From positions 129,332,001 through 129,396,000 of the forward strand of contig OX597814.1 of NCBI GenBank assembly GCA_951406725.2: a stretch of DNA of 64,000 bases, in the 5' to 3' direction. This DNA comes from Octopus vulgaris (lineage: Eukaryota). The notes under the pieces were generated by a model. The model was given only the letters and a program-made list of their open reading frames with translations, searched no databases and was not told the DNA's origin. Below, piece after piece: positions 39,398 to 51,201 of this stretch (position 1 is its first letter; every line of letters begins with the position of its first letter). A program made the position numbers and the translations under genes.

Positions 39398-41228
39398 AAT
39401 TATTGTATACAGTGCTCAGGTGCACCACAACTTGTCAAAAAGTGCGTTTAAAGCATATGCAGTAATGTACAAATGTCTGTTAAGGGAACAGTTCATGAAT
39501 CAGATACACGCTTGCGTGTGTATGGAGGGAAGAAAATCAGGTGTAGTGTTGGTGAATCTCAGGAAGCATGGAAGTTTTGAAGGATGCAGTGCTCTGACAA
39601 CTAACAACTGATGCTGGCAGTTTGTTCCATACTTCAGCAACTCAGCTTGAAAAGATGTTTCCGAAAGTCATGGGAGCTGTGCTGTTTTCTGACTTTGTAA
39701 ACATGTCCACAGGTGGAGTTTGAAAAGGTGCTCTGAGTTATTGTTAGTAAGATAATAATGAAATTATTGTATACAGTTTTCAGGTGCACCACAACTTGTC
39801 AAAAAGTGCGTATAAAGCATATGCAGTAATGTACAAATGTCTGGAAAGTGAACAGTGTATGAGTCAGATACATGCTTGCGTGTGTATGGAGGGAAGAAAA
39901 TCAGGTGTAGTGTTGGTGAATCTCAGGAAGCATGGAAGTTTTGAAGGATGCAGTGCTCCGACAACTAACAACTGATGCCAACATCAATAACTGATTCCAT
40001 ACTTCAGCAACTCTTAGCATGAAAAAATGTTTCCGGAAGTCATGGGAGCTGTGCTGTTTTCTGACTTTGTAAACATGTCCACAGGTGTTAGACAGGTGGA
40101 GTTTGAAAAGGCATTCTGAGTTATTGTTAGTTAGATAATAATGAAATTGTATACAGTTTTCAGGTGCACCACAACTTGTCAAAAAGTGTGTATAAAGCAT
40201 ATGCAGTAATGTACAAATGTCTGGAAAGTGAACACTGTATGAGTCAGATACATGCTTGCGTGTGTATGGAGGAGAGAAAATCAGGTGTGGTGTTGGCGAA
40301 TCTCAGGAAGCATGGAAGTTTTGAAGGATGCAGTGCTCCGACAACTAACAACTGATGCCAACATCAATAACTGATTCCATACTTCAGCAACTCTTAGCAT
40401 GAAAAAATGTTTCCGGAAGTCATGGGAGCTGTGCTGTTTTCTGACTTTGTAAACATGTCCACAGGTGTTAGACAGGTGGAGTTTGAAAAGGTGCTCTGAG
40501 TTATTGTTAGTAAGATAATAATGAAATTATTGTATACAGTTTTCAGGTGCACCACAACTTGTCAAAAGTGCATATAAAGCATATGCAGTAATGTACAAAT
40601 GTCTGGAAAGTGAACAGTGTATAAGTCAGATACATGCTTGTGTGTGTATGGAGGGGAGAAAATCAGGTGTGGTGTTGGTGAATCTCAGGAAGCATGGAAG
40701 TTTTGAAGGATGCAGTGCTCCAACAACTAACAACTGATGCCTGCAGTTTGTTCCATACTTCAGCAACTCTTAGTATGAAAAAATGTTTCCGAAAGTCATG
40801 GGAGCTGTACTGTTTTCTGACTTTGTAAACATGTCCATGGGTGTTAGACAGGTGGAGTTTGAAAAGGTGCTCTGAGTTATTGTTAGTAAGATAATAATGA
40901 AATTATTGTATACAGTGCTCAATGCACCACAACTTGTCAAAAGTGCATATAAAGCATATGCAATAATGTACAAATGTCTGGAAAGTGAACAGTGTATGAG
41001 TCAGATACATGCTTGCATGTGTATGGAGGAGAGAAAATCAGGTGTGGTGTTGGTGAATCTCAGGAAGCATGGAAGTTTTGAAGGATGCAGTGCTCCGACA
41101 ACTAACAACTGATGTCGGCAGTTTGTTCCATACTTCAGCAACTCTTAGCACGAAAAAATGTTTCCGAAAGTCATGAGAGCTGTGCTGTTTTCTGACTTAG
41201 TAAACATGTCCACAGGTGTTAGACAGGT
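39355..41228 (-). repeat. Tandem array of five ~364-383-bp copies of the same CR1-group LINE 3' end
   Basis: Unit starts (atgaaatt) at 39394, 39758, 40141, 40521 and 40897; reverse complement of about 33727-34110; a long (AAT)n tail occurs only at the first unit. Confidence 0.92.
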
Positions 41229-42503
41229 TGTTTTTTGATCAACACAGTTAATTGTTCACTTATTTAATGTGTAAGTGGATGAGTATTCCAAATAAAACGT
41301 GACCCCTTAATGTAATTCTCAGGCAGAATTATCATGACACAGCATGTGACAAAGCTGTACCTTTGAGTCACACATACAATCCACCCAATGGACTTCTATG
41401 CAGTATCTGTCCCGCCAAGTTCACTCTCATGGAATGGGTCAACTCCGAGCTATAGAAAATTACATTTGCTCTGTGAGATTTAACTCTTTAGCATTCAGAT
41501 TACTTGTCAAATATAATGCTTATTTATCCACATTGTTTTAAATTAATAATACATTATCTCTCACAGCTTTGAGATTTTGATGATGTGATTACTCTTTTAT
41601 TTGTTTCAGTCATTTGACTGTGGCCATGCTGGAGCACTTCCTTTAATCGAGCAAATCAACCCCAGGACTTATTCTTTGTAAGCCTAGTACTTATTCTATC
41701 GGTCTCTTTTACCGAACTGCTAAGTTACGGGGACGTAAACACACCAGCATCGGTTGTCAAGCAATGTTGGGGGGATAAACACAGACGCACAAATGTATAC
41801 ACACACACACATACATACATATATATATATATTTATATACAGCCATGCCTGTACCTATATCTGTACATTTAAGTTTTGTAGCTTAATTAATTAAATGATT
41901 TTCTAATAATATATATAAATAACAGTTGTTTATTTTAAAACATATTTCTTCAGATATTGAATGAAAGTAACTTTTGAGTCATGAAAAAAAAAATTACCAG
42001 AATTATGACATTGGTAAAGACAGAACAACAACAGGAAGTAAGAGCTGAAGATATAGATTAGAATTCTTGGTCCAATATTGGTAAAATGTTATACATTTCA
42101 CTCCTACTGATAATTAACAAAATACTAAATACTTTGAATCCAGGAAGGGCTTTTTTCTTTTTGTTTTCTCTAATATATATTTACAAATTTACATTTCTTT
42201 TCCTGAACTAATTTCTAAGTATGAAACCGTTTTGGAATATTTTGTATTCTATTTATTCTACAAACATGGCTATAGATACAGGCATTGTTATTTTGTCCAG
42301 AAATTAGCTTTCCAACCACTTGGCAAGTGTCTTCTACTATTGCTCTGGGCAGCAAAAGCCTTGTGAATAAACTTGGTTGAAAGAAACTGAAAAAAGCCCA
42401 TCATATATATATATAAAGTTAATCCAAACATGAAAACACAAAGAGAAAACACAACAACGCGAGGACAAGTATAGTATTATTGGATGCTCAGGAAAGAAGG
42501 AGG

Positions 42504-42538
42504 GTTTAACATTTCGAGCAGAGCTCTTCGTCAGAAAC
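42504..42538 (-). ncRNA. Minimal type I hammerhead ribozyme motif (Penelope-like element type)
   Basis: Minus strand reads GUUU-CUGACGA-A-GAGC-UCU-GCUC-GAAA-UGU-UA-AAC: stem I GUUU/AAAC, intact core, 4-bp stem II, near-palindromic AA(C>U)GUU stem III. Confidence 0.75.
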
Positions 42539-43049
42539 AGGAAAAGGAAAGATCCAAAGAAGGGAAGACGGAGGAAAAAAAAATCGCCAACGGTACACAC
42601 GCGGTTACATTTTGAATGGACCGCGTGTGTACACACACACACACACATATATATATGTGTGTGTGAAGGGTTAGGGTGTTGTGAGATCGTGGGTTCAATT
42701 CTCAGACCAGGCACTGTGTTGTGTTCTTAAGCATAGCACTTCATGTCACGTTCCTCTGCATTCATTTCGACATCTGACATGTGGCACCCAGTTGCACCTG
42801 TACAGGTAATGTCAATTTGATGGAAGGAGTGAGCTTAAGCTTATGTCTACACAAACATTTGATCATTATAAACAAATCATCTGTGTGGTTGTTGGTAAGA
42901 AATTGTCAAACCCTCATACATCGTCTAACAACAGGACAGTCCATTATATATATATCCCCACATATCTCACATCTATTTTCTTTCCTCCACATCACTCTCT
43001 ATTTTGTATCCCATCTAAATTAATTATTACTTAACCATCCTCTCACACC

Positions 43050-43101
43050 GTCTCCGATGAAGGGATATAATTAATAAATATCCTGGAAACAGCTGTAAGA
43101 C
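43050..43101 (+). ncRNA. Minimal type I hammerhead-like motif with CCGAUGA core
   Basis: GUCU-CCGAUGA-A-GGGAUA...UAUCCU-G-GAAA-CAGCUG-UA-AGAC: stem I GUCU/AGAC, palindromic stem III CAGCUG, GUA cleavage triplet. Confidence 0.65.
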
Positions 43102-43539
43102 CTATCTATAAATGTTCTAATATCTACGCAGCGTTGTTTTTTTTTATCTCATTGTACAAAAAATTCATATATGAGTATGTGTGTCCTCATCTTGACTTCA
43201 CATGATAGCTGTAGAAGAATTCCACTGTTATGTAAGTGGTGTTGTTCATTTTCAGCCAGCCATGAAAATATGTCTGGTGATGGAAAAAAATTACCTTATT
43301 GCAAAATAGGTTAGGGTTGTTGACAGGAAGAGCATCTGGCCTAAGAAAATCTGCCTCAACAAAGTCCATCTGATCCATGCAAGCATGTAAATGATGATGA
43401 ACACTGCAAATCACTTTAAAGTTTTTTGGACCTAAATATTTTTCTCACTTGCAATAATTTATCATTAATTACTCTGTCTCTCTTTGAAATGATTGTAAGG
43501 TAAAACAGATAGGGGTGATTGTGGTTATTATGAATATAT

Positions 43540-43958
43540 AGGCGTAGGAGTGGCTGTGTGGTAAGTAGCTTGCTTACCAACCACATGGTTCCGGGTTCAG
43601 TTCTACTGCATGGCACCTTGGGCAAGTGTCTTCTACTATAGCCTCGGGCCGACCAAAGCCTTGTGAGTGGGTTTGGTAGATGGAAACTGAAAGAAGCCTG
43701 TCGTATGTACATATATATATATATATATGAATGTGTGTGTGTGTATATGTTTGTGTCTGTGTTTGTCTCCCCCACATCGCTTGACAACCGACGTTGGTGT
43801 GTTTACATCCCCGTAACTTAGCAGTTCAGCAAAAGAGACTGATAGAATAAGTACTAGGCTTACAAAGAATAAGTCCTGGGGTCAATTTGCTCGACTAAAG
43901 GCAGTGCTCCAACCTGGCTACAGTCAAATGACTGAAACAAGTAAAAGAGTAAAGAGTA
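43540..43958 (+). mobile_element. tRNA-derived SINE family A, full-length representative
   Basis: Box A tggctgtgtgg, box B ggttcagtt/ccc, internal (TA)/(TG) tract, tail gaaacaagtaaaagagtaaa. Further copies at about 6322-6705(-), 8022-8408(+), 21598-21997(-), 25050-25425(-), 55929-56258(+), plus partial copies. Confidence 0.9.
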
Positions 43959-44616
43959 TATTAAAGGAGCAAGACTGACAGTGTGGTCAAGGATTGTGCT
44001 TAGCAAAGGTTTTTCTGGCTTCAGTTTCACAGCACAGCACTTGGAGCAAGTATCTTTAACTATAGCCCTTTAATTATAACCCTAGACTGACCAACGTTTC
44101 TGAGTGGAATTTGATAGAAGGAAAATTTGCAGAAATCCATTGTCTACATACATATCATACTTTTATATATCCCTCAACACTGTGCCTCACACAATTGAGG
44201 GGCCTTAACTTGCAAGTGCTCGGTGACCTCACCAGTGCTGGTGCCATAAAAAAAAAATGCACCCAATACACTCGAAAGTGCTTGGCATCATGAAGGGCAT
44301 CCAGCTGTAGAAACCATACCAAAGCAGATACTGGAGCTTAGCGCAGCCTTCTAGCTCAACATTTACTGCCAAACTACCCAACCCATGCCAAAATAATGAT
44401 ATTTATGTGTCTGTAGGCATCAATTTATATCAGTGTGAGATATTAAATATTGATGAGAAAAAGAATGTCATTTTACAAATGAGGTCCCCACTGCATCAGG
44501 TTAGGCCCTTCCTTGTCACATTCAATGTCAGAAATACATTGAATTCGTGATTAGCTTGTTGGATACTTGTAATCAATGATATACTTGTTCATAAATTGTT
44601 GAGGCAAGAGAAATTG

Positions 44617-45090
44617 AAATCAAATTCGATGACTGGCATCTGTGCTAGTGGAGCGCTAAGAGCACCATCCGAGCGTGATCATTGCCAGAGCAGCTAACTG
44701 GCTTCCATGCCGGTGGCATGTAAACGGCACCATTCAAGCATGATCGTTACCAGCGTCGCCTTACTGACACTTGTGCCAGTGGCACGGGGAAAAAACATTC
44801 GAGCGAGGTCATTGCCAGTGCCGCTGGACTGGCTCCTGTGCAGGTGGCATATAAAAAAACACCATTTGAGTGTGGCCGTTGCCAGTACCACCTGAATGGC
44901 CCTTGTGCCAGTGGCATGTAAAAGCAACCACTACACTCATGGAGTGGTTGGCGTTAGGAAGGGCATCCAGCTGTAGAAATTCTGCCAGATCAAGATTGAA
45001 GCCTGGTGCAGCCATCTGGTTCACCAGTCCTCAGTCAAATCGTCCAACCCATGCTTGCATGGAAAGCGGACATTAAACGATGAGGTTGAT
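44617..45090 (+). mobile_element. RTE-related SINE family C with internal tandem subrepeats
   Basis: Repeated gtggca(c/t)gtaaaa-gcacc units, then ggcgttaggaagggcatccagctgtagaaa and a (gat)n tail; copies at about 1088-1712, 26975-27390(-), 31772-32330, 59520-59805(-) and 63630-64000. Confidence 0.85.
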
Positions 45091-48000
45091 GATGAAATCT
45101 CACAGTTGGCAATAGATCGTTTCTGTTTGTACTCTTATATCCCTTTGATTAACTTTACTTCCCTTTTAATCATTAAGTCTGATTTTCTACTCTTGCATGG
45201 ATTACTTGGTTCTTGTCCAGCACTGCTTCTCACCAATTGCTATATAGTCCCTTGTCATCTTCTGTGTGATGTACAGCATTCAGAGATCAGCTTCATCATT
45301 TTCTCCATTTTTACAAGATTATTTAGCACTATTCTTTAGCACTATCATCCTCTATAGGCATCTCATGCCTGTACCTTCTGATTATTTCTTACACATTACA
45401 GTTGATTCCTCTTATACCTGTCTGTTTTGGCAACTCATTTCTGTTACAGCATTTACACCCCTGACCCACACCAAATTCCTCCACCTTCTCTTTCAACTGA
45501 TATTCACAACTGACCATACCTGCACCATGTTTGCCACTCATGCATTTCACCTATCTCTATCTTTACCCATCTGCCACTCCCCTCTTCACACACATGAACT
45601 TAGCTTTCTACCCATGCCACTTCACTTATATCCACCTTCATGTAACTTGAGTGTATGCTCTGACATCTTGCTTTTTCAGCTAGGTTAACCATACATCTCC
45701 CTACACCATAACATGCATTTCTGTCCCTCCATCATACTTTACCCTCTTGTCATATTGTATAAAGCCTCCACTCTAAATGCTACTCCCTCCTCAGTTGTCG
45801 GGGTTTTGTCTTGCAGGTTACTTGGTAACCTCGCTGTTATGAACACCACATAAAAAGCACCCAGTAAACTTTGTAAAGTAGTTGTTATTAGGAAGGAATC
45901 CGGCCATGGAAATCATGACAAAGACAATGGAGTTTAATGCAGTTTTATAGCTTGCAAGTTCTTGACAAACCATTTAACCCAAGCCAGCATAGAAAATGGT
46001 GGCGAGCTAGTAGAATCGTTAGCACACCGGGTGAAATGCTTGGCGGTATTTCGTCTGCCACTGCATTCTGAGTTCAAATTCCGCCGAGGTTGACTTTGCC
46101 TTTCATCCTTTCGGGGTCGATTAAATAAGTACCAGTTATGCACTGGGATCAATATAATCGACTTAATCCATTTGTCTGTCCTCTCTGTGTTTAGCCCCTT
46201 GTGGGTAGTAAAGAAATAGATATTTCGTTTGCTGCAACGTTCTGAGTTCACACTCCACCGAGGTCGACTTTACCTTTCTTCCTTTCGGTGTTGATAAATT
46301 TAGTACCTGTTGAGTACTGGGGTTGATGTGATTGACTGTCCCCCTCTCTACAAAATCCAGGCTTTGTGTCTAGAGTAGAAAGGATTAAATGATAATGATT
46401 GTTAGTTCCAGCAGAATGCAACAAGCTGGCAGAATCGTTAGAATATAGGGCAAAATGCTTAGTGGTATTTTGTTCATTTTTATATCATCATCGTCGTTGT
46501 CGTTTAATGTCCACTTTCCATGCTGGCATGGGTTGGACGGTTTGATTGAGAACTGGCAAGCCAGCAGGCTGCACCAGGCTCCAATCTGATTTAGCAAAGT
46601 TTAAACAGCTTGATGCCCTTCCTACACACATACACATATGCATGCACATATAATGGGCTTCCTTCAGTTTCCATCTACCAAATCCACTGAAAGTTTTGAT
46701 CAGCCTAGGGTTAGAGTAAAAGACACATGCCCAATATGCCACACAGTAGGATTGAACCTGAAACCATGTGGTTGGGTAGCTAACTTCTTAACCACATGAC
46801 CATGCCTGTGCCTTTTGTCATTAGTAAAATAATTCAAATTTGAGTTCCAGTAATTATCAGTTGGAATCCTAGTTCTGAATTGTTAATGTGAGTAATATTT
46901 TATAATTAACTATAATCATAATTAAATTCTATTCACAATATGAACATAATTAGCAGCATTGCCCAAATTATTAATACCTACAATAAATGCAATCATATAA
47001 GTTCACTATATTTCAGTTAAACTTCTTGAAAAATGTCCGGATTCTCTTCAACCAATTAGAAATACTTTAAAATATATATCTTCTTCTTCTTAATCCTTTT
47101 TGCTCCTTGTGGAGAATAGGGCCGGTTTCCTTGGTATATAGGTTCCCCACCTGGACAGGACGCCGGTCCATCGCAGGTGAGCTGCAAGATGCAGGAGGAA
47201 AGAGTGAGAGAAAGTTGTGGTGAAAGAATCAGCAGAAGTTTTCCGTTACCTTCTGCCAGAGCTGCATAGAACTTAGGTGTTTCGCTCATATGCACACACA
47301 TCGCCCAGTCTGAGATTCGAACCCACGATCCCTCGACCACGAATCTGCTGCTCTAACCACTAGGCCATGTGCCTCCACAAAATATATATAGAGATCTTAA
47401 AATAAAATTACCATTCTTTTAATATATTTCAAAATCCTCATCATTTAATGTTCATTTTCCATGCAGGTTTGACTGGAGCGGGCAAGCTGGAGAGCTGTAC
47501 CAGGCTCCAATTGTCTGTTATGGCAAGATATCTACGACTGGATGTCCCTCCTAATGCCAGCTCCTTTACAGAATGTACTGGATGCTTTTTACATGGCACC
47601 AGCATGGGTGCTTATGAGGCATCAGCACCTGCAAGCTTGCAAGGCAAGAACCTCTTAGCTAAGAGTGAGGGTGGAACCAAAAGGTTAGAGTATGATAGAG
47701 GGACAATACTATACTAGTTACTCTAAATGAATTATTTTTCTAATCAGTAAATATTTCCAATGTCTATTGTTGTGCTTGAGGTATATAAATACTGTTACAT
47801 GTTTCCCCTAGGCTAAGGCTTAAGTCTGACATGAGCCTTAAAACTCGTAAGGTTTTAGCTTGATGTGGTTTCCACAGCATACGACTGGGTTACATTTCCT
47901 CCTGAACAGGATGCAGTCCATTTCAGGGTTAACTTCCCAAATATTGTTGGAATTCATTTACAGTCGAATGAACTGGAATAATGTGACATTATGTGTTTTG

Positions 48001-48367
48001 CTCAAGAATGCAGTGCACCAACCAGTTTGAAAACCAAAACTCCAACCTTAGAATTGTGAGTGCAACACCTTAAACTCTAAGACAAACATTTTCATTGAGA
48101 AACTTAAAAAAAAAAAAATCGGAAAATTTATATACCCTATGAATTTCCCTTGAAATGATGTATCACCATCATTTAATATCCAGTTTCAAAGCCAGCATGA
48201 AGTTCTATGGTTTGACAGGATCTGATTGGTCCAAGGACTGTATTCTGCTCCACTCTCAACTTTGTCATAGTTTCTATGGCTGGATGCCCTTCCTAATTCC
48301 AACCACTTGGTGCATTTTTGTACCACCAGCAAGACTATGAACCCCAAGGGAGGGCTTTATGCTGGGG

Positions 48368-48623
48368 CAGTGGTTCCCACACTTTTTTGGGTTGCCACCC
48401 CTTGGCACTCAGGCCACATTATCAGTGCCGTCTCCCCTGCCACAAACATAGACCACTTTCTGCATTAAATTCAAAACAAATGTATTTCACAAGCTTAACC
48501 TAATTAAGCCATTATTTTATTGTTTTTACATCTATCACCCCCTTTTGGCCACCCCATTATTGCCCTCACTGGATATTTCCACTGCCCCCAGTGGGGCAGT
48601 ACTAGCCACTTTGGGAACCACTG
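48368..48623. mobile_element. hAT-type MITE
   Basis: TIRs cagtggttccca / tgggaaccactg; imperfect 8-bp TSD tgctgggg/tgctaagg. Confidence 0.7.
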
Positions 48624-48882
48624 TGCTAAGGGACGAGTGGGTTAACCTATGAGAGTAGAGCAGGTTCTTGAAGAGCAGCAGCAAAGAAATAGTGGTGATG
48701 AGGTGTGTCCCCTTAGAAAATAAGAGGAGTAGAAGTGGGTGAATATTTGTATCCCTAAGCAAAATTTCTGCTACCTTGATGCAAAACTGTGACTTACAAC
48801 TTGGAAGATACATTCATCATCATCTAACGTCAAATTCCCATGCTGGCATGGCTTGGATGGTTTGCCAGGAGCTGGCAATCTA

Positions 48883-50579
48883 CACTGGCGAAAATAAATT
48901 TAAGACTGACAATAAAAGTTCTATTTCTTACAAAATATTTTGTTACTAACACCATACAAATTATTTTTATTTTTTACACCTTATGCAGAATTTATTTCTC
49001 TTTCGAATGTTGCAGATAATAACTATTTTTATACAACTTGAAGAATTGTAATGCTAAATTAATATAAATGTTTCAAATTTACCGGCAAAATTAGTTTAAG
49101 ACTGTATCATTATAATTTTATTTAAAGCTTAAGATTGTAGCAAAATGAGCAACAAGAACCAAATACATATTAGTACTTTGTGCCATAGCCTTTATTCTTA
49201 ATAACAGCTGAACAACGCCTTGGCATTGAATTCGCTAAGTGATTACAAAATTTTATGGGAATGTTTTGCCATATTTCATTGATATAATCGAATAATTGTT
49301 TTACATTAGACAGTTTTTTAGCATGAAGTTCTTTGGAAACATAATTCCACAAGTTCTTGATCGGATTCAGGTCCGGGCTCTGGGGAGGCCATTCGATTAT
49401 GTCAATATTATGGTGATCAAAAAATTCCATAACCTTTTTGGCTTTGTGCACAGGACTATTATCCTGCTGATAAATAGCCCCCGGAGGCATTTGGTGAGTC
49501 AAATATGGCACAACATTCTCCTTTAGTAGATTCATATAATCTACACTATTTAACTTTCCATCAACTTTTACTAGAGGGCCAACACCAAATCTACTAAATG
49601 CCACCCACACCATCACTCCCGCCGTCTTTTTCATGCATTTTGCATGGAATTCCTTGGTTGGGCGACGTCTGACATATGTTTTACCATATGATCCAAGTAT
49701 ACAGAAGCGTGACTCATCACTCCAAAGGACCCTGCACCAATCTTCGGCAGTCTATTGAGCATGGGATTTTTGCGAAATTAAGGCATTTGAGTCAATTTCT
49801 TTCGGATATTATTGGCTTTTTCCTAGCGATTCGTCCATGTAGTCCAAATTCTCTCAAACAGTTGCAGACGGTTTGTGGTGTAAAAATAACACCATTCTTG
49901 TTGGACAATTGTTTACAAATGTCAACGGCTGTCAGCATTCGGTTGCCTTCCGAAAGTCGGTGGATTCAATGGTCCAACTACGCCATCGTTTTTCTTGGGG
50001 CGCCAGTCCTTTGCTGATCTTTATATTGACCAGTCTCCGAGTATAATTTCCACACTTGCACACAAGCCGTTTTACTGTATTTTAGTTGCTTACTGATGTT
50101 CAAGACGGAAACTTTTTGCTGGTGGAGTAATACGATTTTTGCTCTCGTGACTGGACTGAGGCTACGTTGTTTTCCCATTATTAATCAATTATATAATAAC
50201 GTTAAATTATAACACTATATAGTGCAGTTAGGTTAGTTGTGTGACCACCCATTTTGGCAAAAAAAATTGCATACATATTACATGGTCTTAAACTAATTTT
50301 GCCGGTAAATTTGAAACGTTTATATTAATTTAGCATTAGAATTCTTCAAGTTGTATAAAAATAGTTATTGTCTGCATCATTCGAAAGAGAAATAAATTCT
50401 GCATAAGGTGTAAAAGATAAAAATAATTTGTATGGTGTTTGTAACAAAATATTTTGTAAAAAATAGAACTTTTATCAATTGCAGCGTGGAAGGTGTTTAT
50501 AAGCCATTTAAGAAAGACACAAAAGCCGTTCGATTCACTTCAACTTTTATTATCGGTCTTAAATTTATTTTCGCCAGTG
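48883..50579 (-). mobile_element. Tc1-family DNA transposon (IR/DR type), disrupted DD34E transposase
   Basis: TA-cactggcgaaaataaatttaagac...gtcttaaatttattttcgccagtg-TA; about 220-bp TIRs with an inner direct repeat accggcaaaattagtttaagac; inserted inside an RTE-related SINE that resumes after the element. Confidence 0.95.
49170..50178 (-). pseudogene. Tc1 transposase pseudogene
   Basis: N-terminal HTH region ending GAPRK then a stop; VLWSDESRFC, QQDNSPVH, WPPQSPDLNPIKNLW; 34 residues separate the second D from a K at the catalytic E position. Confidence 0.93.
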
Positions 50580-50769
50580 TAAAAGACTATGCCAAGCTCA
50601 ACTGTCTGCTTTGGTACAGTTTCTATGGTTGGATGTGCTTATATGGGATTTAAAATTTACAATTCTTTAACTAAATAAATTAACTTATTTTTTCCTTTAT
50701 TACTGGTACACCAATACTAGTGAAACAGAGTACAAATAGAAAATAGATGGTAGTGTAAAGAAATTGTGA

Positions 50770-51100
50770 AGGCGCATGGCTCAGTGGTTAGGGCATCGAG
50801 CTTACTATCGTGAGGTTGTGAGTTCAAATCCCAGACCGGACTGCGTGTTGTGTTCTTGAGCAAGACACTTTATTTCACGTTGCTCCAGTTCACTCAGCTG
50901 TAGAAATGAGTTGCAACGTCACTGGTGCCAAGCTGTATTGGCCTTGGCCTTTCCCTTGGATAACATTGGTGGCGTGGAGAGGGGAGGCCGGTATGCATGG
51001 GCGACTGCTGGTCTTCCATAAACAATCTTGCCCGGACTTGTGCCTGGGAGGGTAACTTTCTAGGTGCAATCCCATGGTCAGTCATGACTGAAGGGGGTCT
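50770..51100 (+). mobile_element. tRNA-derived SINE family E
   Basis: tggctcagtggtta (box A) and gagttcaaatccc (box B); inverted diverged copy at about 54975-55305. Confidence 0.8.
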
Positions 51101-51195
51101 CAGCAGCAGCTCAGCTCAGTAAAGAAATAAAGAAGCAATATGGTAAATGAATGAGACATTGAAGACAAACAAGTAAATAAGAACTGATATATTGT

Positions 51196-51201
51196 TTTAT
51201 T
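51196..51201 (-). terminator. Candidate poly(A) signal of CERK (3'UTR about 2.7 kb)
   Basis: tttatt on + is AATAAA on -, followed by GT-rich ttacttgtttgtcttc; it marks the end of a repeat-poor AT-rich block (51200-53926) typical of a 3'UTR. Confidence 0.5.

Noticed and set aside
39306-41112. Repeated + strand ORFs (MHHNLSKSAYKAYAVMYKCLE...) resembling a tandem small-peptide cluster or CRISPR-like array
   Set aside because: They are the antisense frame of the tandem CR1 3' end; units are repeated whole with no unique spacers.
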